A stretch of DNA of 64,000 nucleotides from Setoptus koraiensis. Its lineage: Eukaryota; Animalia; Arthropoda. Location: positions 14,694,001 to 14,758,000 of the forward strand of contig CM106586.1 in assembly GCA_048013815.1 (NCBI GenBank). The letters are read 5' to 3'. Within the stretch, counting starts at the first letter, position 1, and each line of letters starts with the position of its first letter. A program made the translations under genes and the position numbers. Of the stretch, positions 61,176 to 64,000 are shown piece by piece. The notes below the pieces were generated by a model. It searched no databases. It was not told the DNA's origin and saw nothing but the letters and a program-made list of their open reading frames with translations.

Positions 61176-63100
61176 GGCGACCGCTGACGCGCAAGCGGAA
61201 GTTTGCCCACAATCAGGCTGCGGCCGCAAATCGAAAAGTTTGTTTGTGGCCGCGCACCGTCAAGCGGTGGCCGGCGAAACAGTTACAACGGTCAGTGGCC
61301 GCTAATCAATTATCGGGCTAATTAATTATCAGCTTGCGTTGTTTGTTTACCTGGGGGCTGCAAACAGCATGATGAGCATGAGCATTGATTGGTTGTTGCG
61401 TCACTTGTTCAATGGACGGCTCGTTGTTGACCGGCGTACCTATAACTGGACTACAACAACTGCAACAGCTACAACATAACAATCGTATTACGTTATTGTT
61501 CTTCTCAAATTGGCAAATTGAGAGAATTGTGGCCGCTCGGAGCTGACCAATTTAGAGAGAGAGAAGAATTTATTGCCAGCACACAGAGCGAAGCAAGTTA
61601 GGCAAGCATGACAGCAGCGCTCATATATCAATTGGTGATGAGCGGCAAATAGCGGTCGCTTCTCTCGCCGGCCATTACACAATATTGGCACAAACAAACT
61701 TTTCGGCCACCGCTACCTGTCCCACAATTGTTTGTATTGGCCTCGGCGTCGTCGTCGGCGTCGTCATCGGCGTCGTCGCCGGCGTCGTCGGAATCGGCCA
61801 AAATCGTCAAGATGCGGCCAGAACCGGCCGGAATCAGTGAGAACGGACCGCAGTTGGTCAGTTGCGCCACTGTCGTCCGCCCGAAAGACTCGTCTGTCGG
61901 CAACCGAAACTCGGCTTTGCTCAGCTCAACGCCACCGGCCAGCGCTCAAATAAATGAACGCCGCGCCGGCCGTTATTTGTTGACCGTTACTTGTTGTTGT
62001 TTGGTACCGCTATGGCGACCGACGGCGGCCAGTGGCGGCCGTAACGGTCGCATCCGCCGCTCGTCACCAATTGATATATCACACTGATATAATGTATCGA
62101 TGTATTACATTGATATATCGCATCGATGTATCATATCGATATATTACATTGATGTATCATATTGATTTATTATGTCGATTTGTATTGATTTTGTCGATTT
62201 TTGTATTTGGTGGCCGACATTATCCGCACGGCCGCTGACCTTGCACGGCCGCCGGCGCGCACCGACTGAGAGGCCGCCACTGAAAATGGCTGCAAGTGGC
62301 CGAAAATGGCTGCAAGTGGCCGAAAATGAGCGCCGGAGATGGCCATTGTTTTCATTTGCGGCGGGCGCCCGTCGCTCAATTACAAGGCCCGATTTTTTGC
62401 CCTGGCCGCCAGCCTACATTACGTAACGTGGGCAAGAAAAAATGGCTCCGTTGCGTGTCGGCCGACCTCTTAACAGCGCCACCAAAAACGACAGCGAGCA
62501 AAAAAGGCACAACAAATATAATAAGTGGCGTTGTTGCGACTTTTTGCATAATTTGCAATTGTTTTACGACCACGACGACCACGGCCGGCAAACGGCCGCT
62601 TAAATAGCCACTGTGCCACTGCTATTCGACCGGCTATCTGACGGGATATTCCACTGGCCATTTGACGGGATATTCCACTGGCTTTTTAACTGGATATTTG
62701 ACTGGCTTTTTACTGGATATTTGACTGGCCAATGCACAGGCGCAGTGCGCTTTGCCTCGAAGGCCGCCGCTCAAATTGGCCGGTGTCAATTTGAATAGCG
62801 GCAGTGCGCCGATTGGAATTGAATGTCGGCTTGCACAGAGTGATATGGCAAGAAAAAATCAGGAACAAGCGCCGAAAAAACACTTGTTACTCAAAATAAA
62901 TTATATCTGATATTGCAGCATGCGTCTAATTTGGCATTGAAACAAAGCCGACAAGCGTCGGCTTCGAAATCGATACCGCGCCGCAATAATAAGGTTAGCA
63001 CCGGTGCACAGGTAACAACAGGTAACAAGGCGAATTATTGAGGGCCGACAAGACGCCGTGTTATGCGCAGGTAATTTGATTGTGCGATGCGATTGATTTT

Positions 63101-63179
63101 TTTCTATCTCTTGTTTCTATCTCTTGTTTCTATCTCTTGTTTCCATCTCTTGTTTCCATCTCTTGTTTTCTATCTCTTG
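63101..63179. repeat. Tandem 13-mer tttcYatctcttg, 6 copies
   Basis: Direct reading. Confidence 0.92.
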
Positions 63180-64000
63180 GCCAGTCACATAGACACTGTA
63201 AGCGGACAGGTGAGCGGACAGCGGAAGAGTCAGTTGCTGTTGTTGCTGCAAAACACTCGATCGGCAAAAACTCAGCCAATCCAATCTCACCTGTACCATG
63301 TGCCTGCTGTAGTAACTGGCGTAATTATGACGTAATTACGCGCTAGTTATTATTTCAGTTTCAGTTGCAGCCATGGATAGAATAGAAATGGAAATGACGC
63401 CGCTCAATCGCTGGTCGCGCTTCCAGTTGGCGCGTCGCTTCAATTGGCCCCAATATCGACGTGATGTGATCATGCGACTCATATCCTATGCTGACTCATG
63501 ATATATATGTGAGGATATGTGGACAGTGAGATGCATGCGGATATTGGAAATGGCGCAACGAGTACAAGTGTCGGCGGCGGGTGCCAGCTTGCTTGTTTGG
63601 CGGATCAAGATCAAGGTGAGTCAATCACCTGGATGCACACGACGCAGCAAATTATATTTTCGGCTGCCGTTGTCCATTGTCGACCAATTGGCAACAACGA
63701 CAACAACAGCAACGACAACAACAACGACAACAAGTTTACTGGCGAGTCGTATTCACAACGACCTATTCACAGCAACAAGACGAGAGCAACAGGTGACAAC
63801 AGGTACAACTTGAAGTTATACTCTCCATTCGTGTGCTATTGATATTGCGCACAGCGCAACACACCTGTCGCTGGCCGCCGACAACAACAACGACAACAAC
63901 AGCGCCAACAACAGCGGCAACAACAGCAACAACAACAGCAACAACAACAACAACAACAACAGCAACGACTACAACAGCGACAACAACAGCAACAGGTGAC

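Noticed and set aside
54607-64000. Upstream ZP-N and PAN-domain exons of the nompA-like gene, including the acidic ORF at 61628-61903
   Set aside because: I found no segment with the expected KPFxGRIY or PAN cysteine patterns and matching phase; those exons probably lie beyond the window or were missed.
1-64000. Conserved arthropod miRNAs
   Set aside because: No hairpin arm matched a mature sequence I could recall; a miRBase/MirGeneDB search is needed to exclude them fully.

Overview
Eukaryotic (arthropod) genomic DNA; the intron-poor genes and compact spacing suggest a genome-reduced acariform mite such as an eriophyoid, but that is inference. The window has two compartments. (1) An AT-rich core (~27.75-42.3 kb) packs a ZC4H2-like gene (+), Rictor (-), CTCF (-), topoisomerase I (+), NDUFS6 (-) and the last two exons of a ZP-domain gene. 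These core genes have almost no introns and tiny spacers. (2) GC- and CpG-rich flanks (1-27.7 kb and 42.3-64 kb) are saturated with (CAA)n-derived microsatellites, short tandem duplications and fold-back palindromes. I found no transposon ORF, tRNA, rRNA or CRISPR array there, and almost all short ORFs in the track are repeat artefacts. The right flank is the long introns of a nompA-like ZP-domain gene; I reconstructed four exons (54473-54606, 52557-52947, 41794-42022, 41466-41632, minus strand). The left flank holds an inverted, divergently transcribed duplicate of the ZC4H2-like gene plus a decayed Rictor 3' tail. Best leads: (a) both ZC4H2-like paralogs lack the canonical coiled coil and carry an eh1 Groucho-binding motif; (b) the paralogs share a 200-bp perfectly identical tract ending exactly at the AATAAA, as expected from cDNA-templated gene conversion; (c) the transplanted Rictor remnant shows about a 3:1 AT-to-GC substitution excess, pointing to opposite substitution regimes in the two compartments. 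All counts were made by hand.
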